A stretch of DNA of 64,000 bases, from the NCBI GenBank assembly GCA_951406725.2, contig OX597821.1:118606001-118670000 (forward strand), read 5' to 3'. Made by a program: the position numbers and the translations under genes. Below the pieces are notes generated by a model. It saw only the letters and a list, made by a program, of their open reading frames with translations, ran no database searches and was not told where the DNA came from. The stretch's first letter is position 1. Each line of letters begins with the position of its first letter. Below are positions 53,080 to 64,000 of the stretch, piece by piece. Origin of the DNA: Octopus vulgaris (Eukaryota).

Positions 53080-54850
53080 TAGACCTGTAACGGATAAGAA
53101 AAAAGCAAAACAAATGTTACGACTCAATCCATACTATGGGTGCGGCGGCTTACATTTTAAATGTAACTGGTCTTGTAAAACTTTTTAATATTTTGAGTGT
53201 GGCAAATTCGGATATAAGACCCCACATTGCAGAGCGAGAAAAGAAAGTTCGAACGAAAAGAAATCTTTGAAGAAAGTATTGCTAACAAAACAATCTAAAC
53301 GAGGCTCAGAAAAGAAAATTTGTGTTCTTGAAAATGAATAATGTGGAATATCAAGTTACAATTGGATACGTGCCGAGATATCACAACACTAAACGCAGAT
53401 ACGTGGAGAAAATCGGAAAACATAGGTGGAAAGAAAGTTTGAAAATTGCACGTGATATTTCAGGAAAAAAATTGCGTTTGAAAGGGCAAAATGATAAGTG
53501 ATGTAACATTTCGTGGAGAAACCTTAAAAGCCAAGGGTTTAGTGCGGAATAATATGACAAAGGTATTTGAAACAGACTGGATGGAATTATTTAACTGATG
53601 GGACTTCACCATCATTTTGTTTTTCTAAAATGTGAATGGTTCTTCCGGAGGAATTAAGAAAAGAATTAAAGAAGATTTTTCTTATGAATTTGGTTTTTGC
53701 ACCAAACGAAGGCGAAGTTTCAAGTAGAAGAAAATTTTCTACCGGTATTTAAACCAAATAGGACTGTACTTTTGTCAACGTCCCCAAAACGAGTTAACGA
53801 AGAGTTGGATAGACTTGAAAAGCTTCGAGTTATTGAAAAACTTGACAACGCTGAATGGGTGTCCCCAACAGTTTATATCAAGAAAAAAGATCTGTGTATA
53901 TGTTGAGTTTTCAACAGAGATAAACGAATATTTGATGCCTTATATTACCCCTTACCAAGCCCGGAAGAAATTTTCGCGAATTTAGGGGAAAATTTTTTCG
54001 AAGTTGGACCTATCTGAGGCACACCTGCAGGTACAAGTTGATGAGAAATGTTCAAAATTACTAACGATAAATACCCATATAGGAGTGTATAAATTTAATC
54101 GACTTCCTTTTGTTATTAAGTTAGCACCAAGTAGGTTCCAGCAAGTTATGGACACTATGCTCGCAGGTTCGTATTTCGCAATAGCTTATCCTGACAACAT
54201 ACTCAAAATAAGTGAATCTTGTGGTCAGCATGCTGAGCATGTTAAAATGGTCTTCGAAAAAATAAAAGATTATGAGCTTAAGTTTAGCGAGGAATACTGC
54301 GGATTTTTTATGCCAAGAATAAAATATCTCGGGCAGATTATAGATGAAAATAGACGTAGACCAGACCCGTCAAAGGCGAGTGCAATATAGAATATGCCTC
54401 ACCCGACAAACATTACAACGTTACAAGCATTTGGATGGCCCACAAATTACTACCAGGTACACATAGTGTATATGCATGATTTGAGAGCACCGCTGAATGA
54501 CTTGTTAAAAGGAGGTTAAGTGGAACTGGTGGGACAAATGCCAAAAAGATTTTAAAGAAATTAAAAGCATCTTAACGTCAGAATTGTCTTTATCACGATT
54601 TGACCCGAATTTAGAAATGGTAGTGGCATCAAATGCTAGTATAAGTTGGTATTTGAGCTGTAATTTTACACAAATATGAAGATGGTATCGTGAAAGCTGT
54701 AGCTCATGCTTTGCGTTCCTTATTTCCGGCTGAGAAAAGTTAGAGTCAAATAGAGAAAGAAACATCAGCCATGAAATTTGCGGTAAAGAAGTCCCATGAA
54801 TTTATACATGGAAGACGATTCCGTCGGCAGACAGACCACTGCTCATTATT
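53080..54850 (+). mobile_element. Decayed Ty3/Gypsy gag-pol fragment
   Basis: CCHC knuckle ECGKFGYKTPHC; RT motifs DLSEA.LQ, RLPF, FQQVMD, YLGQII; RNase H YSQIEKE-like motif. Confidence 0.85.
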
Positions 54851-55260
54851 CTACTTTCTGGTTTTGTGAAGCCTAATCTCTGAAGATTAGTATTTAGGCA
54901 GTGTGTTACATATCCCAGGGTCCTAATAATTACAGGTATAAACCTGAACTTGTAATCTGGATAGAGTAACCGCAAATTTCTTAATAGTTTATCGTAGGTA
55001 TTTTAATTTTTGCTGATCTTCAGCTTTATGTTTATGTCCGCTGGGCAGCTGATTTCAACAACTCTGCACAATTTCTCTTCTCCATCCCAAATCACTATGT
55101 CAGGTTTGTTGTGTCTACATTTTATTGAGGTTTTCACTGGGACATTACACCAGTACTCCTTTTTATATGAGTGGCTATGGCTTCCACTATACTGTGAGTT
55201 TTATTTCTTTGTCGTCCGGATTATCCGCCGAGCGAATCTCGTTATACAGTATCCAAACTA
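54850..55260 (-). mobile_element. 3-prime fragment of an R4/Dong-like element
   Basis: KPDIVIWD...VVEISCPADINIKLKI...YDKLLRNL; related to 60870-61040. Confidence 0.7.
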
Positions 55261-55291
55261 AAACATTATATTTTAGTGTGTTTGTGTGTAT

Positions 55292-55369
<78 letters not shown>

Positions 55370-56114
55370 TTATCTAAAAATCAGAAAAAAAGAAGCACTG
55401 GGGGTCTGTTATTAGGCAATAAAGTGGGTATATTAGTATAGTTTATTTAATGTTATATCATAAACCAAAGCAGCGAACCGGCAGAACCGTTAGCACGCTG
55501 GCCAAAATGAAATGGTCGCCGACATTTTGTCCGTGTTTATGTTCTGAGTTCAAATTACGCCGAGGTCGACTTTCCCTTTCATCATTTAGAGATTGATAAA
55601 TTAAGTACCAGTTGAGGACAGGGGCCGCTATAAACGACTTACACTCTTTGCTGGACTTGCTGGCCTTGTGCCAAAATTTGAAAGTCATAATATATTATAG
55701 ACTCGTGAATACAACGAGCTTGCAGAATCGTTATCATGCTGGACAAGGTGCTTGGCGCCATTTCTTCCGTTTATACGCTCTGAGTTCAAATTCCGAGGCC
55801 ATCTTTACTTTTCATCCTTTCGGAGACGATAAGTTAAATACCAATCGTGTACTAAGGTGGATGTAATCGATAAGCCTCCAGCCATAAATCTTCAGACAGT
55901 GTGCTTGTAGTAGAAAGAATATTATATTCTTGCGATAACCAAATTACTGAATGGTTTCATGGTGGAAATGCAGAGGCAAAAGCAGCAACCATCAAACATG
56001 TCGGAATGGAAATGTTACGGATATTATTACTTTTGATAATTTGGTAATCATATGAATATATCATAATAATAATAATAATAGTAATAATTATACATGTGTG
56101 TGTTTATGTACAAA

Positions 56115-57119
56115 CTGGGTCATCCCATAAATAATGCGTTTCTTCAGTTGCATGAACTATCTGCATCAACTTGTTATAAAAGCAGGTAGTAGTTCTACCT
56201 TAAACATATTCTTAGTGTAAGTTTTGAAGCGTGCAGTTTGATTTTAACAGTTATATTTTCAAAGCTATAATGGAAGTGACAAAGGAACATATTCGGCTTA
56301 TTTTGTTTCACGAGTTCAATAAAGGCAACAATGCAATGGAAAGTGCGAGGAATAAATTTAACCAGTGTCAACATTGGCGCCAAAACTTCCGAACCGGAAT
56401 CTACAGCCTAGAAGACAAGCCTCAACCAGGAAGATTTGTAGAACTCGACGGAGACATTCTGAAAAATCCCATCGTAACTGTTGAGGAACTGGCAGATAAG
56501 CTTGGATTTGATCATTCAACCATTCTTCGACACTTGCGTGCCATCGGAAACGTCAGAGAACTGGGTCAATTGGTTTCCCTCAAACTTTCTGAGTCTAATC
56601 TGATATGAAAGAATGCTTAATCCTCTTTGAGATTTTAAACCGAAACCAAACGATAACAAAGGAGATCTACTGCAAGCAGCTTGAGTAGATTAAGTCAGCG
56701 CTAGAATAAGAATCACCATCTTTGGTTTCAAGACGAAAGGTATTCTTCCATCAGGATAATGCTCGGCCACATACAGGAAGATTGAAATTCCAAAGGGTGG
56801 AGCAGTTTGAATGGGAAACGTCGCCCCACCCACCATATTCGCCGGACATTGCCCCATCTGATTATCATTTATTCTGCAGTTTTCAAAATCATTTGGACCG
56901 AAAAACGTATGAATTCTGTAGACGGGGTCAGAACAGTACTGGAGGGGTATTTTTTGTCACGGACAAGTGAATTTTAGATGGGCCTCGCAAGTCTACCACA
57001 TAGATGGGAGAGCGTTATAGAAAATGAAGGAGAGTATATTTTAGATTAAAAAGAACTTTGTTTATCTTCATTTTGAAAAATAAAAGATTAAAAGCTGCAT
57101 TATTTATGGGATGACCCAA
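56115..57119 (+). mobile_element. Mariner DNA transposon, internally deleted
   Basis: TIRs TGGGTCATCCCATAAATAATGC at 56116-56137 and 57097-57118; HTH ORF; FHQDNARPH and HPPYSPDIAPSDYHLF. Confidence 0.92.
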
Positions 57120-57413
57120 TACATACGCATACACACACATTTATGCATGTATGTGTCTGGACCATTTTATCATCTCCAGTTTATTATGTATATTTATAAA
57201 CATGGATGAAATTAGGCTAAATCAACCCTCATGCTATCTGAACATCGATTTACAATGATAAAACACAATACTCGGAAATAACCATTTCGAACCACTAAAA
57301 TTAAAAGCAATTCATCGTTATTTATTGTCACCTGTCTTTCGCAAAGAACTAAGATACTGATGATCTCTTCTATAAGATTTTAATTTTCCGATAAGCAGAT
57401 TCGTTGTACTTAC

Positions 57414-57485
57414 ATTTTAGTTATGCTGGGGAGGAATAAGAAAGTACCATCTTCATAGTTTTTTATTTGGTTATGACTCAAATCT
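57414..57485 (-). CDS. Adhesion GPCR exon: leucine-rich repeat
   Basis: 72-nt phase 2-2 exon, TTTTTTCAG acceptor and GTAAGT donor; encodes DLSHNQIKNYEDGTFLFLPSITKI (LxLxxNxI LRR). Splices in frame to 48574-48731. Confidence 0.85.
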
Positions 57486-58823
57486 CTGAAAAAAGAAAGA
57501 CAAATATTATACACATTAAAATAAAAGTAAATAAATCTGTTTTCTCTTGTTCAGTACTGTCTAAAATGGTCTTTGCTCAACACGAACTGAATAAATGTTC
57601 ATGTTCACAGTTCAGTTGTTTATTTCTTTGAATTGTTCTTATGGCAGTGTTGTTTGGACAGGAATAGGTTCCTTCAATCTGATTTAGATTTTCTAAGCTA
57701 AGAGAAAACCTTCTGTGAAACCCCCAAGAACAAAAGATGGAAGATAATAAAATATAAAAATGACACAACAACGAGACTCTGTTATGTGCTTATCATGGGG
57801 TCTATACAACATTCTCATCTATGATATAAATATTATTTTCAATGTAGGCACAGGTATGGCCCTGTGGCATAACGATTGCTTGTCACAGACATGGATTCCT
57901 TAGTCGCACTGTGTGCCACCTTGGGTCGAATATAACCTTGGGTCGAATAAGCCCTGTGAGTAAATTTGCGACTGGAAACTGTGTGGAAGTCCGTCGTATA
58001 TATGCGTGTGTATTTGCCTTTGTGTTTATCCCCCAACACTCTTGCCAACAGGTCTTGAGTTGTTTACGTCTACGTAACTTAGCGGTTCTTTATTAGAAAC
58101 ATCAGAACATTTCTACGTATGTTCCATTGGTTGCATGCAACTTGCTGAGTTGTCCTTATTTTTATACTTCCTGAATCTTTCAAATTATAAGGGTTGATTA
58201 TGGACACCCTGTATATCCTTCATAATATCAGTCCCTACACACACAGGCTCAATGTTGTTGGAAATACTACTTGAAGGTTGCATATAATTTGAATTCTAGA
58301 AAACCTGCAAAGTACCACGTATTAAACTAAAGTACCGTAAAATACGTCAGTTATACATGAGATATATATTATTTCAACTTACTCATGAAGCACTGTTAAA
58401 TTAAATCCATTTTACAATGTATAAAACTGTCACATGCCAGTTACTTTGTAGCATTACGTTAATGAGAACAGAGATATGATACAGAACTAATTAATGTCTA
58501 CAATCGTTTCATTAGCAGTCTTCTAAACAACATTAAGTGATAAGGTAACTGCTACCGTTGCTAAAATGATATAATATATATTCCGTCCCCATGGTTCTGG
58601 TTGCGATTCAAATCTGTTAATATTACAATTAGACACACATTGAAGGTCTTCTCATGAAATTAAAATCATTAACATTTTAATTGTAGATATGTGAAAGAGT
58701 AGTTAACTGCAGATATTGAAATACTGGTTAATATATGGACAACAATTGACACCAACTAAGATGCCTAAAAGTCAATGAAACGTTATACTTGTCAGATAGA
58801 GGGAGAGGGAGAGAGATATTCGT

Positions 58824-59310
<487 letters not shown>

Positions 59311-59399
59311 ACCAGATACGGGTATGAAAAGCTGTTAACGAAATTGGTAGTGAGTATTTATAGCAGTGTGATGAACCCACATACTAAACCATTAACGCC

Positions 59400-61170
59400 A
59401 GTCTATATACTCTGGTTACTACTGCAAAGCAGGACATGAATGACATTCAGAAGGTAAACAAAACCGAAACAACAAAGAAAGTACCATCATGGGTTTTGAA
59501 GACAGAGAAGAACATAACTGCTTTACGGAAGACCAAAAGTCATGTAATGATGCTTATTGCGTGCAAACGTCCCAGCAACAGAAAGTAAAAGAGACAGAAA
59601 TGATGTTTGGAGACAGCAAAAAGAGAACTGATTATCCTGAAGCAAGAGCTAAAAGTTGTCAGTGAATTAACTTCGACATCAGAAGAGAATAACCGAGAGA
59701 AGAACAATAAAAATTCAACTGGAACCAGGCAGCAGTAGACAGACATGAGAGGAGGAGGAGGAGCAGTGAACATCACAGAAGCTCCTTCATTAGGAGACAT
59801 AGACTCCTTGTGGAGGAAAATCTGGAGTGAAGAGAAGGAATTTAACCAAGATGTTCCATGGCTAGAAGAAATCCGAAAAAGTCATTGCTCCTGCATTACA
59901 TCCAAGACACACAACATTGATGGTGAAACCCTTGCAACTGTGATCCAGAAACTGCAGGATGGAAAAGCATCTGGAAGAGACTTACTTGCTGGATATTGGT
60001 ACAAGAAGCTAACATTCTACCGACCATATCTTATCGAACTGTACCAGCAAACTCTCATTGGGAACGGTAGCATACCACCCTGGTTAGCTCTGACAGAGAC
60101 AAAGTTGATCCCCAAATGCAGAACCATCCACATAGCAAAAAAAAACTACCGGCCAATTGCATGCCAGAACTTAATGTATAAGATATATACAGCATGTTTA
60201 AAACTCTTCCTCCAGGACCATTGTGAAACTAATGACATCATCACAGCAGAACAAGCAGCTGGGAAGAAGGGAGTTTGGGGCAGTGCCGAGTAATTGTTAA
60301 TCAACAAAGGTGTGATGTCAGGTGCGAGAACGTAGGAGGAACCTCGTTTCAATGTAGCTAGACTACAAGAAAGCCTTTGACTCTGTTCTCCACACATGGA
60401 TGCTAGAAGTCCTTCAACTTGCTAAAGTTCCAGTGAGCACGGTCAAAACCATAGTTGACCTGACTTCATCGTAGACCACCATCTTGAAATTAAACGCAAA
60501 GAGTGACTGTATTATCACTGATAGAATACAGTATCGCAAAGGCGACAGCCTCTCTGTGATAGTGTTTATACTTTCTGTAAACCCCTTGTCATTCATGTTA
60601 TTGAAGTCTGAAAGATATCTCGCTGGTTCACAAGGAAACAGAAATACCAAAATTACACACTGTTTCTTTGTGGATGACTTGAAACTTTATGCAAAGAATA
60701 TGCACGGGATAAAAAAAAGAGGACGAAGAAATAAGGACCCACATTATGGTAAAAGCCATAGCCACTCATAATAAAAAGGAATGCTGGTGGAATGTCCGAA
60801 TGCAGACCTCAATAAAATGTAAGCACAAGAGGCTAGATGTAAGGATTTGGGATTGAGAAGAGAAACTGTGTACAGTTGTGGAAATCTGCTGCCCAGCGGA
60901 TGTTAACATTAAGCTGAAGATCAGTGAAAAAGGGAATGCCTACGCTGAACTATTGAGAAATCTGAAGATGCTCTATGCAGATTACAAGTTCAGGTTTTTT
61001 ACCTGTAATTACTAGCGCACTGGGATATGTAACACTACCTAAATACCAATTTTGAGAAATTTGAGCTTGTCAATACCAGAAACGAAAAGCTAATTCAAAG
61101 ATTACAGATCCAATTTCTCACTGGAACTGTAAAATTCTGTAAGACTTTCCAGAAGTTAATCATTTAAATA
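59400..61170 (+). mobile_element. Decayed R4/Dong-like non-LTR element (RT plus restriction-like endonuclease)
   Basis: NYRPIACQNLMYKIYT, DY.KAFDSV.H.W, GDSLS, HCFFVDDLKLY and a C-terminal EI.CP.D.NI..K..EK...Y..L. Confidence 0.78.
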
Positions 61171-62205
61171 TATTTGAGCGTGTCTATATATGCAACTATA
61201 CGCATGAGAAAACGTACGTAATGTAAAAAGAATTTTCACATATACATACATACATACATATAAGTATGTATATACACCCCAGTTCTATATTTATATTCCT
61301 TATTATTAATGTATATATGTGTGTGTGTGTATGTGTTTGTGTGCGTGTGTGTGCGTCTATGTATGCGTATATATATATATGCGTGTGTATGTGTGTGTGT
61401 ACGTGTGTATTTATAATTAAAATAAGAGATCTAAAGATTTTCGTTAAAGAAAATCCTTTGTTGCGCTCAAATGATTCGAACTTAGACTCCGACACTTTTA
61501 CCAGTTTCGTTGGGTAATGTGTGACTGTAAGAGGAATCCAGGTGATCAGATACGGAAGCAGTTGTGTGGGTAAACAAATTAAATACAGCAGCTTGGGCTT
61601 GATATACAAAATATATGCTATATTTATATATGTAAAGAGAAAGAAAGTAAAGACTGAAGGTTTTCAGACGATGAATATTTGAGCATAAATATATAGATAT
61701 TTATATGTTAAGAGATCAAACTTACACTGCGTACAGACGACAAAGAAAATTAAAGGGGAGGAGGCAAGGTGTTACAAATCCAACATCTGTGTCTGGGGCT
61801 CAGAGATCCGTCATAATATTTGTAGATGTAGCTCACCAGAATATGCGGCCAGTAATGGAATCAAACAAACGTTGGATAAGTTGACCCTTCTTCGTCAGGG
61901 TAGAAGCAAGATCTTACATTTCAGATCGTGATGCAAAGAAGTTTAAAGGGGGAATGTTTAAATGTGTAGAGCAAGCAGTTTTGGAGGGGGAGAAGTAGAA
62001 GTCTCGGTGGAGAGTGGAGCTTGTTGAGGCAGAGAAGGATGAGAGGAGATAAGGGAGTTGGGTGGTGAGTGGGAGGGTGAGATGGGTAGTAATTGAAGGG
62101 TAGTCAGTTGTTAGGTTTGTGAATAGATGTCAAAATTTAGGGATATTGGTTATAGAACAATGGGAAGTTGAAACAATGGGAAAGATGTGATCCTAAATGT
62201 CAGAT

Positions 62206-64000
62206 TGTTATAACACCCTCTTCGCTATAACAGTATAGTTGTTAGACCAGTAAGGGCACGACTATCTAAAACTGCCTACTTCGTACTCTCTCCCTCTCTA
62301 TCTTTCTCTCTTTATATACTAACCGACGTCACCTTATTTATAGTGACTCACATATTACACGTGACATGGGAGGGGTCTACCATTATTATTTCTATCCCCA
62401 CAACATTTCCCCTTTTAAGATTTTCTTTTTTTCTTAGTGAGTGTCATTTTATTTCTTTTAATTGCAATACTCTTTATATCACCCTACTTCTCATTTTTGA
62501 GGGGTATTTTTTCTTAGTCACATATTTAATATTTTTTTCCGTTTGGTATCCACTTCCAGGAACCATGTACATCTTTTTCTTACGCTTGTGCGCCTGGGTT
62601 CAGTCACCTGTAGTGGCGTTGGTACTTGAAAAGTATCATATAACCATTCTATTGGTTCTTCCATTCTCTTGGTTTCGTTCTCAACGAATCTTTATTTTCT
62701 TCAGTTGGTTCATGTATCTCTTGTATACGTCTTTTCTACTTTTTACCAACTATGACATTTTTCTATGCATTTGGTAATCGCACCATCTTCCCAACTCTGT
62801 TTTTCATTTTCATATGCCCTCAAAAATACCTTTTCACTAAGTTTGAAAACTCTTACTGTATTTTCCCTTGTAATTTTTCTTTTCTTGCTCGGTAGCAATT
62901 TGTCGAAGACTGGTTTTATTTTCCTCGCAAACTTCAACTCCGCTGGTGACATACCTGCTGCTGTATTTGGATTTGGTGTCACACGGTCTGCTCTTAAGAA
63001 TTATTGTAGAGCCACCACGCCCGTGACCTCCTTATTCATCTTTCTCTTGAACGTATCGACAAAGCGTTCTGCTTGTCCGTTAGATCTCAGATGGTACAAC
63101 GCAATAGTTACATCTACTGCGACTATTTCACAAATCTTTTTAAATTCAAGAGACACAAATTGTGTTCCGTTGTTAGACACCATCGCCTCTGTCATGCCAA
63201 ACCTTGTAAACACTTAATGAGAAAAAAATTGTCGCATTTGAGGTAGTCGGGTTTTTACACTTTCAAATTTCAGATCATCTAGAGAAACTATCAACTACCA
63301 CTGAGTAGTATGAACCGTTTATAGGACCGTCGATAACTGAGTAGTATGGACCGTTTATAGGACCGTCGATAATTTTGCTGCTAGATTACATCTTCTACAG
63401 CCTGTCACTCAATTTTCGATTTCCCTATCCATTTTTGGCCAGGACACGTAGCTACGCATTAAAGCTTTCATCCTCGACATACCAAGATATCCAGCATGAA
63501 ACTCCCTCAACATTTTCTTCTGTATTGTTTCACGTATCACTGCTCTCTGTGCATTCATCAGTAGGCCATCACAAATTGAGTACAGATTCACGACTTGGTT
63601 TCGTTTCGCACCAAACCTTCGTCTGGTTCATACTTTAAACTCTGTTATCAAATTCGCAACATAATCTGGCGAGAACATTTTTTCCAGCGTTTCCTGATGA
63701 GTTACTATTCATTAATTACAGCATTTGTTGCTGTAATATTAATTATTGTTGTTTTTGTAGCATCTGATGTTGTTCTTGCAATTGCATCTGCTGTTGTTCT
63801 TTCAGTTGCTGCTGTTGCTGTTTTTGCAACTCGAGCAAATTGGCCAACAAATTTTCCGTAATTCTGCGATTTTTTTCCCCGTAAAATTCGCACAAAAGAA
63901 AAACTTTTGTTTGATAATTCCTCGTGGCTTTGTTAATTTCTCGTCGCATCTGTTATAATCCTTAATGTCGGATTCTTATAACGCCCTCTTCGGTATTGCA
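62206..64000 (-). mobile_element. Internally deleted Ty3/Gypsy LTR element
   Basis: 3-prime LTR 62206-62405 (TGTTG...TAACA) preceded by PPT AAAAGGGGAAA; integrase motifs FHAGYLG..RMKAL.RSYV.WP, NGTQF and SNGQAERFV; a second LTR copy begins at about 63977. Confidence 0.82.

Noticed and set aside
57577-57771. ORF with an acceptor-like TTTCACAG as a possible upstream exon
   Set aside because: No phase-2 donor compatible with the LRR exon and no recognisable domain.
58380-58600. Hydrophobic stretch (NIYYIILATVAVTLSL) and a GTAAGT site as a possible first exon
   Set aside because: The ATG is out of frame and stops intervene; it cannot be supported without transcripts.

Overview
Repeat-dense, AT-rich animal DNA. 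The tRNA-headed SINE families and the microsatellite load suggest a coleoid cephalopod, probably Octopus (inference). One minus-strand multi-exon gene spans about 3.5-57.5 kb. It encodes an adhesion GPCR with LRR, LRRCT, a Ly6/uPAR-like three-finger Cys domain, HRM, GAIN/GPS (intact HL|T site) and TM1; further TM exons were not found in the window. I reconstructed 15 exons by splice phase, two of which appear to lack one nucleotide. The introns hold decayed CR1-, Tx1- and R4/Dong-like LINEs, Penelope-like (PLE) RT and GIY-YIG fragments, Gypsy, mariner, Chapaev-like and Helitron elements, and many SINEs. The most striking signal is a dense set of type-I hammerhead ribozyme (HHR) motifs: six intact and about eight partly decayed. 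Many lie in short non-coding elements flanked by (TA)n that are built as long palindromes (one is a perfect 402-bp hairpin with two opposing HHRs) or as 1.1-1.25-mer direct repeats of 360-490 nt. This looks like a TA-targeted, retrozyme/PLE-related non-autonomous element system. All calls are from manual reading; no searches or folding programs were run.
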